Part shown: positions 1-12,062 of the stretch, piece by piece | Layout of the letters: the number at the start of each line of letters is the position of its first letter | Numbering within the stretch: position 1 is the first letter of the stretch | Source of the DNA: a virus | DNA: 64,000 nucleotides | Strand: one strand, 5' to 3' | IMG/VR virus record: IMGVR_UViG_3300045988_055118 | Location: 8,622 to 72,621 of that record | Notes under the pieces: model-generated | Told to the model about the DNA's origin: nothing | What the model saw: only the letters and a program-made list of their open reading frames with translations | The model's database searches: none | Program-made: the position numbers and the translations under genes

Positions 1-76
1 CCTCCATTCCAGAATGTCCATCCCATTCTGTTGCTAAATCTGTAATCTGATTAGGTAAATTTTCAAATTTTGCCAT
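1..76 (-). CDS. hypothetical protein, N-terminal part (gene continues beyond window start)
   Basis: ATG at 76-74 on minus strand followed by open frame MAKFENLPNQITDLATEWDGHSGME... running off the window edge. Confidence 0.3.
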   Translation of the reverse strand, partial: MAKFENLPNQITDLATEWDGHSGME

Positions 77-601
77 TTTTACAAATCAATTATTTTTCCA
101 TGAATCATCTTTTAACCAAGGTCTGTCTTGTAGCCAAGTTCCGCTACCAAAACAGCTTCTAACAGCATCGTATACGGTAAGCCAGACTAACTACGACCCT
201 TTATATATAGCTCCAATGTTCTTTTGTACTCTTTGCTAAACTTGTTCTACAAGTTCTAGAATATCTTTTTGGACCTGTAATATTAACTTACCATTTCTAT
301 ATATCATAATTTAGCAAAATCTTCCTTGACTTTAGCTTTTATCTATTTTAATATGTTAAGATATTCCTTATATTCATTAATAACTTCAGAATCAGAAGTA
401 AGATTTTCTGAATAGCTATTATATGAATTGATTAAATCAAATTCTTCATCAACTGTAAGGAATCTTCTAACTATAGCTTTTACACAATCTTTGTAATTAG
501 GCTGCCCATTTAATAATACCTAGATAAAACTATAGTAAGTTTTTTCTTTTATGGTATTGTCTAAATCAAGTACTTCAACACTAATTTCTTTTATATCATA
601 G

Positions 602-1876
602 TTATAGTAATAAGTACCGTTCCCAAGTTTTTGGATTGTCTAAGGATAAACGTCCATTTGTATTCTATTCGGCTCTAACATAAGGTGTTATTTTAAAATT
701 TATAGGAAATTTGTATCTAAGCAAAGAATAGTGTAATCTCCTATTCTTACTTTTAAAATAGTAGGGTTTATTGTTATACATGAAATGCACTCGAAAATGA
801 TTGTCATAATCAACAACCTCTACAATGTGAATATATTTATTATAAAACTTAGATATGTTAACTTCTTTTCCATTCCAGTTAGAGAATTTCAATCCAGTTA
901 ACTCCTCTACCTTTCTCAGCAAGTTCTTAGAGTTGCAAAATTTCATCCATCCAAAATAAGACCTCATTCTTCTATTCAATTCATCTTTATCAATCTTATT
1001 CTATTTATATAGATTTATAAGCCTAAACATCCTCATTTTTATAGATTTTCTCAGTAGAACATGAGTATGATAGAATTTATAGCCTACGAAATCAATACCT
1101 CTGCTTTCTACAGGGAATATTTGATAATTAGGCTTCAACTCTAGGTTAAGAACCTGTTTCAAATATAGTTTTATAGATACTAATACATTTCTCAAATAAT
1201 TCTTGTCATTACCAAGAATCACAATATCGTCAGCATATCGAAAGTAGTACTTACATTTTAACTCCTCTTTTACCCAGTGGTCAAAATATGTCAGATATAA
1301 ATTTGCAAAGAATTGTGATAGATAATTTCCAATAGGAACTCCCTTCGCTGAATAAATTATTTCTTTCAACAGTTTTAATAGTTTTTTATCCTTTATCTTT
1401 CTCTATAACATTTCGTATAAAATGTCGTGAGTTATAGAAGGATAGAATTTTTTTATATCCATTTTCAAGCAATACTTTGTTTCTTCTGGATGTTTCTATA
1501 ACACCTTGAACAAATCATACTCTACTTTATGAATACCTCTATTTCGTATAGAGGAATATGTTTGGTCTATAAATATACTAGTCCAAATAGGCTCCATAAT
1601 ATTCATTATAGCATGGTGAGTTATTCTATCTGGATAGTATGGAAGTCTAAAGATTAATCTTTCTTTAGGTTCGTATATTATAAAGGTACTATATTCAGAG
1701 GTTTGATAAATCAAATCCCTTAACTTATCGGATAATTCCTTATTTTCTTTTAATCTATTCTTATCATGCTGCTTGATTCCACATCTAATAGACTTATTTC
1801 TTCTAGCTTTATCGTCAGCTAGTTCGATGTTATCTTCAGCGTATACTTTCTCGTGCAAATATCCTACACGTTTCAA
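602..1876 (-). CDS. DGR-type reverse transcriptase; one reading frame containing two in-frame TAG codons (1001-1003, 1496-1498) plus a third TAG (665-667) near the 3' end before the TAA
   Basis: ORF-track pieces 1496..1876, 1001..1369 and 665..979 are all in the same frame, and only TAG separates them (manual translation of 1370-1495 shows TAG at 1403-1405 and 1496-1498 and no other stop). RT motifs are present: DIKKFYPSITHDIL (motif 1/2), GVPIGNYLSQFFANLYL, FRYADDIVILG (YxDD). A TR repeat and a VR-bearing target gene lie immediately upstream. Alternative TTG start at 1876; TAA stop at 602-604. Confidence 0.8.
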
Positions 1877-2019
1877 TTTTTTATATATTTCATCGGAAGC
1901 GTTCGAGAATTAACCTACTAACACCCTTCATTCAACACTACGTTATCTTTTACCTAGAGGCAAGGATATTACTTAGCAAACTAAAAAAAAATAATAAAAT
2001 GTTTCTAAATATATAATAA

Positions 2020-2110
2020 CTCGACATTGGAATTGGCATTGCTGACGTCATTGTTAGAATTGAAATAGCTGAGACCTGCATTGCTGCCATTATTCGCGTT
2101 GCTGCCTACT
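2020..2110 (-). repeat. DGR template repeat (TR), 91 nt, adenine-rich (AAY codons), noncoding, between target gene and RT
   Basis: Near-identical to VR1 (2221-2311) and VR2 (29053-29143). All 20 and 17 mismatches, respectively, fall at TR adenines in the manual alignment. Separated from the RT start by a 143-nt spacer (1877-2019). Confidence 0.8.
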
Positions 2111-2193
2111 AGCAGTACTTTTTTGCCAATCAACGGTTTTTAGAAGTAATATCCTACGATTTATCATCTAAATCGATTTTTATATTGTATATC

Positions 2194-3501
2194 TTAAGAT
2201 ACTCTATTCAGAGTCCTGAACCCGACATAGGAACTGGCATAGCCGACGCCAATGCTAGAATAGAAATAGCCGAGACCCGCACTGCCGCCATAATCCGCGC
2301 CGCCGCCCACCCGCAGCGTGCGAAGCGCTGTGCTGCTTGCGTTGCAGTAATGGTAATCGCAAATATAAGTAGTAGCACTTCCTCCAACAGTGGATGGAAT
2401 TATTTCAGCGGTTTCACCTAAGTCAAATGCCTTAATATAACCATCAGATGCTACTTCGTATCCTGCAACGGTTTTCTCTCCAACTACGTCGGTAAATTCC
2501 GATACGTTAGTAGTTGTATAGACAGTGCTAATCTCATTAGCAGCTGCTCTCACTATAACTACTCCGTCCAGGTTAGTCCAAATGTCTCCAAACGGATTAT
2601 CGAACCCTCTCCAGCGAGGTACTTTAAATGTATGAGTTGCTACTGTATTTGTGCCATCTTGAGCTGTACATTCTGGAATAACTAAATCTTTTACTCCAGT
2701 GAAGTTACCAAATTCATTGCAGTAACCACAAGGCGTAAGTGGATATGTTGCATTATATCCTGACCAACTTGTAGCTGCGTTAGCCCAATCTGTAACTCCA
2801 AGTCCCAAACCCCCTTGATGATATCCATCCGCAGTTAACTCTGCATTATATGCAGCCTAAGAATTAAAATTAGCATATTCAATGACATAATTCCAGTAGA
2901 ATATCCATTTGTAATATTCATAGCATAGCAATTCTGAACCAGCATTTGTTGCATATGTTCTCATAGTAGCTCTAGAAATATTAGTTCTAGGCTTTCCTAA
3001 ATCACTTCTGAATATATCCTTAGTTTCTAATTCTGTAGTTAGATAATCATCGTAGTTAGCTCTATTTCCTCCACCTCTAAATGCAGTAGTAGTATTAACT
3101 ACTGATACAGCTTTTGGAGTTGCGGAGACTGTGGTATCAACTGTACTTCTGTATGCATCTATTAATAGTTCAGGAATTTCTACCCATGAATCATCAATTT
3201 TGACAGTAGAAGTTCTAACCCATCTTTTGTTTCCATCGCTGCCAGATTTTCCATAAAATTTAGGAGTATTAACTCTTACTGTTCCATCAGTTCCATCTAA
3301 GACAGATGGAGTTTCTCCGTCTTCTTTATAAGACCAGTCATCTGGAAACAGATAGTAATTTACTACATCATTGTTTGCTACACAACCTCTATACGCTGAT
3401 TGAATAGGAAGAGATTTATGTAGCAAAGGATTACCTATTCTAGTAAGTTCCGGAGATGCTACTGTAACATCCCATTCTACTCCATAGGAATATAAATCCA
3501 T
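2194..3501 (-). CDS. DGR target protein (C-terminal variable domain), TAG-interrupted; N-terminus extends further upstream through additional in-frame TAGs
   Basis: ORF-track pieces 2857..3501 and 2194..2808 are in the same frame, separated by TAG at 2857-2859. The C-terminal 30 aa are encoded by VR1. Terminates at TAA 2194-2196, which is followed by further in-frame stops (TGA, TAA, TAA), so TAA is a real stop here. Confidence 0.65.
2207..2220 (-). other. hairpin (TTCAG-AGTC-CTGAA) immediately 3' of VR1; candidate DGR target-recognition hairpin
   Basis: Perfect 5-bp stem with 4-nt loop directly abutting the VR end, analogous to the hairpin/cruciform downstream of VR in characterised DGRs. 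Confidence 0.4.
2221..2311 (-). repeat. DGR variable repeat 1 (VR1) at the 3' end of the target gene
   Basis: 91-nt match to TR. 20 differences, all at positions where TR has A. Locally GC-rich (gccgccgcccacccgcagcg) in an otherwise AT-rich genome. Encodes GGGADYGGSAGLGYFYSSIGVGYASSYVG. Confidence 0.8.
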
Positions 3502-4460
3502 ATTACTATTTAGCTCAGTAATCTACTTATCAAGCTTTTGTTGTGCCTTCTACAATTCTTCCCAAGCCTCATTTAGCGCTGTAAATTGCTCTTCTAGCTT
3601 AGAACTTGAATCTGCCCATTCAGCAGTACCATCTGCTGAGAAAACTAGCATCTATCCAGATGCTCCTCCAGATGGAATATGTTTATTTCCAGAAGTAGTT
3701 GGATGTACATAATTATTAGCATTATTAGCTATAGTACTTAACTTTTCCTTCTCAGTTTCAGTATAATTGGCTTCAGAAAGTCCCTTTCCTAACTCCTTAT
3801 CTACTTTGCCTTCAAGCTCACCCTTAGTAGCTAATTCACTAATATCCTAATGCTCAGTTAAATATCCACTATCATTCTGTAACTAAGAAGTTTTAGTTGG
3901 AATTGCATTAGCCTTGGCATATGTCGTATCTATAACATTTCCAGCACCATCGTAAGTAGCTTTTAAATCGTATGTGGTTTCCCCAACCTTTATAGATTTG
4001 ATTGCTGCCATATCATTGTATTATTAAAGTTTCATCAACTACATCGTGATCTATTCCCTCTATGGAAGCAGTTAGGTCCTCAACAGCCTTCTACAATTCT
4101 GCTTTAGTAGCATAGTTCTTGAGAACTTCCTAGTCTACTCCAGAGCCTCCTCCTATACTTCCTCCAACAACTTTTACTGGTTTGGCAGAACTCTTAAACT
4201 GTCCTTCAATATAAATTGTTCCCATATTGTTTAAAATATTAATTGTTCATTTTCTCCATCTACCTCTACACTAGAACCTGGCTATAAAGCGTCTATCTTT
4301 TTCTACAATTCGGCTACGGCCTAGCTAATTAGTTCTTCTACCTCAGCTTTGGTGTAGTATCTCTCTATAAGATATTCGCTCCTAACATATCCAGTATCTT
4401 GTAAATCTTTTTCTCCATAGGTGCAATAATAAGTATCTTCTTCAGTCTTACTATTCTCAA

Positions 4461-4652
4461 CTAGGTCATCATAATCAGCTTGTGGTAAGCATACAAGTTT
4501 TGGTACTTCTTCAGTAATAGCAACTTGCTTGCCTCCAGCAAATAGCCTGTTATCTTCTGTGGTAAGTTTAACAGAACTCTCAATAACTTGCTCAGTTCCT
4601 GTTTCCTCAGAAGGTTCTCCAGTTGTTCCCTATTGTACTTCTTTTTCTCCAA
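4461..4652 (-). CDS. fragment of TAG-interrupted late (structural) gene
   Basis: ORF ends at TAG (4461-4463). Surrounded by a dense run of in-frame TAGs on the minus strand, with no long ORF in any frame under the standard code. Confidence 0.3.
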   Translation of the reverse strand: MEKKKYNREQLENLLRKQELSKLLRVLLNLPQKITGYLLEASKLLLLKKYQNLYAYHKLIMMT

Positions 4653-5829
4653 TTTTCTAAATAGTAATATCAGAAGTTTCTACTGATGTAGATTTCAAAA
4701 GCTCAGTGCTAAATTCTTTAGCAGCAGCAGCCTAATCATCCTGATATTTTTTCTAGGTAACAAATATGAAATCATCATCTCCGGTTTCAGGAGAGTCTCC
4801 CCTTAAACTTTCTTTTGTTACGTAATCTTCGGCTATCTAATCTGATAAATCAGATAATGACTATTGAGTAGCATAAGTAGACTGAGCATTTTCCTTAGTA
4901 AGAAATTTGTCATCAACCTGCTAAATAGTATAATAAGCCTTAATATCTTCTGTAGTAACGTAGTTTCCAAGTTTTTGCAAACCTTGAACTATTTCATCAA
5001 TCTACTTCTTGGAGTAATAATTTGTAGCAACCCAGGACTGATATTGATTGGTAGTATGATAATTCTAATCCAAATATTCCTTAGTAATATAAACCTTTGC
5101 ATCATTTGTGACGTCATATACATAGTAATATGTATCAGGCTCTACCGTCCCTTCCTCTACTAACTTTAGATACTCTTCTTCAGTTAATGTTACTAAGTTC
5201 GGAATATCCGATTCAGTAGCAATCTAATCTTCACCTATAAATAATCCTTCAGACCTAACGTCTACTACTAGCTAGCTCTCTCCCTCTACTACAGGAGATT
5301 TTATCTATCCAACAGTGATGCTTTCTAAGGAACCATCTCCATCTACCTTAAGAGTTTTATCTAACTCGTCTTGGATGGCCTACTAATCTTCCTCATATTC
5401 TTTCTTTGTAACGAAGACAAAATCATCTCCTTCCATTCCCTCTCCTCTAAGACTTTCTTTAGTAACGAAAATATCGTCTGTTTCTTCCTTAGTATAATAC
5501 TTAGTCAGGGATAGAGCTAAAAAATCATTAGAGACATAATTAGTAGTTAATTCTTCCAGTGTAGCATAATCTGATAGGCTGGCAATAGTGTTATCTAAGT
5601 CTGTTCTAATCTATACTACAGTAGTATTAAGGGCCTTCTGTTTTAATTGCTCTTCTATCTTTTTTCCCCATTCCGAGGATAGGTAAAACTAGTCATCGTC
5701 TAAGCTATCCTCATATATATAATAATATGTCTCAGCATGAAGATACGTTTTACTTTCATCTATGGGCCTAAAATCGTCTGTAGTATTCTCAGACCATTCT
5801 TTATATTCAGCCTCTGTACAGGTGATTAT

Positions 5830-6069
5830 CTAGATAGATTCATAGGATGCTTTCCATCCTTCCTTGTATTTAATCTTAGACTTATCAATTAGCATATAAA
5901 TATTTCCGTTATCTATGTTAGCAACGGTCATACCTTGATAAGCATACTTCTCTGGAATAGAATAAAGTTCGTCTAAGTTATTAACGACTGTTCTATTATC
6001 GAGAGGCTTCGGAGTTTCTACGGTTAAAGCGACACCTAAGGTAGCATCACCTGTATATTTAAATGCCAT
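5830..6069 (-). CDS. fragment of TAG-interrupted late gene
   Basis: Ends at TAG 5830-5832; same pattern as neighbouring pieces. Confidence 0.3.
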   Translation of the reverse strand: MAFKYTGDATLGVALTVETPKPLDNRTVVNNLDELYSIPEKYAYQGMTVANIDNGNIYMLIDKSKIKYKEGWKASYESI

Positions 6070-7016
6070 TATTGTGATAGAATAAAGTTAATTTGATGTG
6101 GCAATGCTGAGGAGTAAGTATCTTTCTTAGTCCATACCTTGTAAGTAAATCCATTTATCTACTCGGTAGACGTTTCCCAACCACTTAGGTCTACATTTAA
6201 ATATCCAAGTCCTCCATCTACGGTAAATGAATTTAACTATGTGTTACTTCCTGGCAATTTTATAATAGCCTTACCACTTAGTGAAAATGTGATAGTTCCA
6301 GACGATTGTCCAAAAGGAACTAGCGCCTATTTAATCACACTATCAGTATTACCAGAATACCAAGGATATGTGGCTACTACCTAAGCGGTAGCGGAAATAG
6401 AACCAGCTTCTACTCTCTTATCTGTAACTTCTCCTTTATTGTTTATCAAATATTCTCCAGCGGCATAACTCACTGTACCAGAGTGAGTATAAGTACCAAT
6501 AGAATTATATGTATCAGACTCTACAGGAGAACTGTTATAAGTAATAGTTTCTTGTCTGTCAGTTTCTTCTCCAGCATCATTCTTTATAAATGTAAGTGTA
6601 GGAGTTAATAAAGCAGTTCCTACTTCTACTATTTGAGAAGTAAAACTATAATAAAGCTATGGGTATACTAAATCTCTAACTACTGTTGGAAATAGTAAAG
6701 TATCAATAATCTCATTAAAGGGCTTGCCCTTAAGTTTCTCTACTGTAGTCCCTTCAATTACTGTTGAAGTAGTATCATCTGGGAGTTCTGTCTAATAAGT
6801 AGCTATAGTTTCTAAGTTAGTTTGTATATTAGTAATACTTTCAGTATTAGCTTCTACTTTAGTATTTGTCTCTTGTTGTGCTTCCTAAGTTTTCTATACT
6901 TCTTTCTTTGTTTCTTCTAGAGCAGGTTCAAGATTCTTAACATAGATACCTGGAAGGATAATAGAAGAGGTTTCCTCTCCAATCTCCTATTCTATTAAAT
7001 GAATAGCATTATCTTC

Positions 7017-7355
7017 CTAAGTAGATAAAATCACCTCTAAAGAATTATCTTCCTTTAGTTCTATAGTTTTGGAATTTTGGAGACTATTCTTAATCCAATT
7101 AAGAATGTTTTTATCAACATCTATATTCTCAATAGCATTATTCAACTCAACTATAGCTTCATTGATTTTTACTATTTCTTCAGATAGATTATTAATCCCT
7201 TTTCTATTAGTATCAATTTCTCGTTGTAAATCCTCCTTCAATACAGATATAGAAGTTCTAATATTGCTTATATCGACTTTCAGTTCTTCTATTGCTTCTG
7301 TATTAGATTCATATTCACTAATAAAGTATAGGGCATAGTCTAGGGCATCCTTCAC
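7017..7355 (-). CDS. coiled-coil protein fragment (tail fibre/needle-like), TAG-interrupted
   Basis: Heptad-rich sequence EELKVDISNIRTSISVLKEDLQREI...; GTG start in track; ends at TAG 7017-7019. Confidence 0.35.
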   Translation of the reverse strand: MKDALDYALYFISEYESNTEAIEELKVDISNIRTSISVLKEDLQREIDTNRKGINNLSEEIVKINEAIVELNNAIENIDVDKNILNWIKNSLQNSKTIELKEDNSLEVILST

Positions 7356-8041
7356 AGTATTAATACCTTCTGCAACGTCACTAGTATAGGTCCATTTTTG
7401 TTCTATATACTATACTAGGTCTTTTTGCAGTTCTATGGTTCCACTAATGTTTCCCCACAATAGACTCTACTCATCAGCAATACCTAAGTTCTTTCTTACT
7501 TTAGCTTTTTCTAGTTCTGTCCTATATTCTCCTAAATAGTTATTTCTTAAGAGAGGTATAGGCTCACATTTTATAGGCTTACCCTTTTTACCACAAGGCA
7601 CTATATCTGCGTTACTTACCGAAGTGTAAATAGACTGTATCATTCTAGTTTAATAATTGCTATTTAATAAATTCGTGATTATCTAGTCTTACAGGTAGGT
7701 TAATAAAACAAATTAGATTAAGAATATCTTGATAATCTGGTTTATATCCCTTTTTGAGTTTTCTTAGAAAATCCTCATACCTTTTAATAGCCTTTCTCTT
7801 AAGAGCATCCACAACCTATACGTTTATGTCCATGGTGGTGATTATCACAGAATCCTCCACAGGTACGGAACATCGCTAGTAATCTCTCAGCCTCCATGAA
7901 TTGTTTAAAGCATATTAAATAATCTATAATGTTAAGAGTCATCCATATGAAATCTCGAGCAAATATATCTGCTTCCTAATCTCTAGTTAGACACTTATTT
8001 AATAAAGAGTCAAAGAGTTTCTTACAGTAGTTAATATAACA

Positions 8042-8347
8042 CTATTGCAGATTTCCTGTAAAGAACACGTCTACCTTACATTTTTTGATAGTAGTTCCTT
8101 CTATATTTCTTTCAAGGATTTCTTTTACAGTACATTCCTCTAGCTCTCCATCTACTTCTTTATATAGCTTCTCTCCATCAGTTATATAGATAGTTTCATA
8201 ATACTCCTTGTATTCATCAGATGAATTTTCATACCATTTCATATTAGGAAGAATTATGTGGTCTACTACATAATATCCATCTTCTTTCACCTTAAATGTA
8301 CAAGAGTCTAAATCCTCTGTATGGTCATTGAGAAGTACGTCTATCAA
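8042..8347 (-). CDS. fragment of TAG-interrupted late gene
   Basis: Ends at TAG 8042-8044. Confidence 0.3.
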   Translation of the reverse strand: MIDVLLNDHTEDLDSCTFKVKEDGYYVVDHIILPNMKWYENSSDEYKEYYETIYITDGEKLYKEVDGELEECTVKEILERNIEGTTIKKCKVDVFFTGNLQ

Positions 8348-11300
8348 AGTAGCATCTCCTATACTAACTTTTATGATAGTATTTAGGGTAGCACTTTCAC
8401 TATACTTATAAGAATCATAGGAAGTTACTACCTCTAAATCTTCATCAATATACTATCCATATTCCTTTGAAAAGTCTTCAATAGTTATTTCCCCGTTAAT
8501 CTGGGTATGTATATCAATACTAAATTCCATATTATAATAATTAAGACTCAGTAGTAGGCCATTGACCATATTGAGCAGGAGTAGAAAATGGTTTCCACTT
8601 ACCTTCTTGTCGTATACGTCTAGACATAAAAACTGAACTAAATGATAAACTAATATCTTGAGGATAGTCTGTCCATGTATATGACTAACCTTCAGGGGTC
8701 GGTGGTAGACTATTTAACTTACCAGCTGGTTCCCCATTCCAATAATAATTATAGTCATATGCTTTAGTTGGAGTAACAGTCGTTGTTTCATGTCCTTCCG
8801 AATCTACATATAGAGGATTTCCATCCTCATCTGTTTTCTGCTTATACTCAATAACTGGAGTTATTCCCTCAGTTCTAGTGTATATATTCTAGATAATAGT
8901 AGAAACATCGCTTGCTACAATCTCATAAATAGTAGTTCCCTGAGATTCGTCAGCCCCCTAGAAAGTAAATTTAGTTCTTTTCCAGATATATGGATTCTCT
9001 TCAGTTGGAAGTTCAAAAGTATCAGTCCACTATTTAGTAGATAATTTTATCTCAGATTCTTCAGCAGTGTCAGCAGGTAAGTAATGAATCTTAATAATAA
9101 TATTATTTACCGCTTCACTAGAACCAGAAAGGTCTGACACCTATTTAAATAGTTTCTTTAAATCTTCTTCCACATTTGATTTAGAACCAGAAGCATTACT
9201 AATAATTACTGAACCATCTGAAATAGGATAAATCTATTGCTAATCCTTATTATATACAATTGTTCCAGTTGCCATATTAATGTATTTGTCTTATTTTGTC
9301 ATTATATGGATTTCCATCATGAAGCTAAGCCAACTCTATTTCAGTTCTCTTTTCTTCTATATCCATTTGTCTATCTTTATAAGTAGAATCAGACTGAGCT
9401 TTAAGCCAGTTAACTTTATATTCTAACTGCATCTTCTACTATTCTAATCCTAGTCTCTATTCATCTAAGCTTTCAATCTTTTGCTGAGCTTTCTATAATT
9501 CTTGCTATAACTACTGAGCCTATTGAGAAGTTTCTTCTAATTTTTCTTGTAGTTGCTGAAGCTGATTATTTTCCTCTTTGCGAACTTGAACAGCTTTCTT
9601 AACCTTATATTTAAGGTCTGTCAGACTCTTAGATGTAAGAGCCTCAAAAATAATATCTGGGTCCATCTGTTGACTTTTTACGAACTCTGGAATGATTGCT
9701 TTTATAGTCTATAGATCTTCCATCACTTCTGAACTAGCAGTAATATGAATATCGTAGTCAGTAACAGTAAAATACTCAGGAAGTGCGGTGAATATCTGTT
9801 GATATTTATCCCCAAGTATAATAGTTCCAGTTAATCCTTTCTTATAAGTAACTTTAGCCTAATTAAGACTATCTAGTAGTATCTCGCAGGTTATTAAATC
9901 CATCTGCTAAAAATAGTGCTTAGTTACTATATACGAGTTAGCTACTCCCTACTTAATATTAGTAACTGCATCTCTAGTTTCTATACCGTTAAGTCGTTCC
10001 CTAAATACTCCAGTTATTGATGATGTAGTTTGTTCTACTGATTGAATAGCTAATTCAATAGCCTATACAGCCTATGCTTTTAAGGTATCATCAAATCCGT
10101 TATATATCTAGTTTGGAGCTTGCTGTCCATCATTCCTACCTTCTTGGCTTGAGTCTATCCACATGATACCACCTTTTTTATAGGCTAACCATTTTTGTAC
10201 TCGTTCTGGCCATTTAACTCCTAAGTTGGTAGGCAACAGAGACATATCCATAATAACTCCGGCAGTACCACTATTAGCTATTAGATTATCTCTATAATAG
10301 TTTAATAAGTCGTATCTATCCTACAGATGTGCACATTTTAATATAAGAGAATAAGGCTACTAAGAGCGATTTAAGAAATATACTCCATTTACCGATAAAG
10401 AACAGAAGTTGGGATTATCTTTAGACCTCATAACAGTCTTGTCTAATCCTCTAAGAATATATATCTCTTCTCCTATTCTGATAGTATTGTATCTCTACAT
10501 CACAAAATCATCATCTGTTTCAATCCATTCAACATCATAGACTGGGATTAACTAGAACCTATGAGCACTATATTCATTGTCTGGATAGCCGGGAATGGTT
10601 TCATGATTCTAATCTTCATTTACTACTGTACAAGTATCTCCATATACTCTTCTATAAACAGCAGCTGAATCATCAGCTCGCCATTCATCTTTTAGTCTTC
10701 TTAAATCTTCTCTAGATATTTCTTTGCCATATTTAGCTAAAATCTAACTCTTACTCATCCACTTTCTTACTACAACTCTATATGAGTTCCTTACATATGG
10801 AGATTCTGGATTTCTATCAACAAATGTATTAAGTGGGTTTAATACCTCTATTTCAATATTAGTTCCAGAAGCCGATGATTTCACTCTAAAGAATGTATAA
10901 CCAGTAATTAATAAGTCTGTTAGTAACTAACGTAACTTAGTAATTAAATCGGTTTCTCTGGATTGCATAATATAATGTAATATATTCTAAGCTGCAATTT
11001 CATATTGAGAAATAAAGGATTGGTCAATATCCTATATAATTTTATCTAACTAAGTCTTTACAGCTTTATCAGTAATATCCTTGCCATCAATAAACTTAAG
11101 AATTGAATTACTTAAATGGTCTTTCAAAAACTTTACTATTCCCTTGGTTATTTCTAGCTATTTTTCTCTTGTTATATTACTGATAGTATCTGAATCTTTG
11201 CAAGAAATTTTCGGAAGTATAGGAGTTCCTAAATATTCTCCAACTAGGGCATCTACGTGTTTCTTTAATAAAGGCGTAAACTCTACCGAAGTGGGGCTAC

Positions 11301-11389
11301 CTATTCCGAAGTTTTCTTCCAGATAACGGAACTATTCAGGATCTCTTTTACCATTATAATAATTATAAGCTTTCTGTAACTCATACTTA

Positions 11390-11851
11390 TCATATACAAG
11401 TTCCGCAATAGCCTCGTTTGTCTTGTCTATCAATTCCTTCTCTTTCATAACATAAATTATGTTGTTCTGGAGGAAGTTTAGTAGCGTTATAATACTTAAC
11501 TCTTTGTAACTTCCTACTTCTTAATTCTTCCTTAATAAATGGCAGAAATTCTTCGTCTGGTAAATCTGCTATTATTACTAATGGCATTTCTGACCTATCA
11601 AAGTTAAAAGAGACTTTATACCCAACTGGGTCTAAACTCTCAATATCTAGTCCGCCTATATACTCCATTTTGTACAAGTCCCTCATATATTCTAGGATCA
11701 CTTGTTTCAACTCTGTATGGGTCATCATATTCGTTTCTTTGCATATTAAGTTCAGGAGTTTTCTTAGTTGGAATAACTCCAAATCTTTTAATTCCTCTCT
11801 CGTCGTAATAGTAACCAAAATCTTGGAACTATTCAACTTCTTTCTCCACAA
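11390..11851 (-). CDS. hypothetical late protein (ends at TGA)
   Basis: 153-aa ORF; stop TGA at 11390-11392, showing TGA is used as a terminator in the late block. Confidence 0.4.
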   Translation of the reverse strand: MWRKKLNSSKILVTITTREELKDLELFQLRKLLNLICKETNMMTHTELKQVILEYMRDLYKMEYIGGLDIESLDPVGYKVSFNFDRSEMPLVIIADLPDEEFLPFIKEELRSRKLQRVKYYNATKLPPEQHNLCYEREGIDRQDKRGYCGTCI

Positions 11852-12062
11852 GTACGGGCTGTCTTCCTGATAGCTCTTGGTCTGCTAACTCAGTCATACC
11901 TACAGCGGCTACAATATCATACTTACCCTTATTTTCATCATTATATGCAGTGAACTATTCTAGCATTTCTTCGAACCATATAGTATGGCAATAGTCTTCT
12001 ATAAAGGCGGCTGTTAAATCAGTATGCTATTCGATTATAGTTTTTGTAGCAGGAGTTCCATA

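Noticed and set aside
2194-2196. Possibility that TAA is also reassigned (given the UUA-anticodon tRNA)
   Set aside because: The target gene's TAA is followed within 100 nt by TGA, TAA and TAA in frame. Most genes in both blocks end in TAA with no downstream coding continuation.
2185-2421. Plus-strand ORF (78 aa) overlapping VR1
   Set aside because: Artefact of the GC-rich variable repeat; the minus-strand target gene and the TR/VR alignment explain the region
7069-7338. Plus-strand ORF antisense to coiled-coil gene
   Set aside because: Hydrophobic low-complexity antisense translation; the minus frame has heptad periodicity and fits the late-strand orientation
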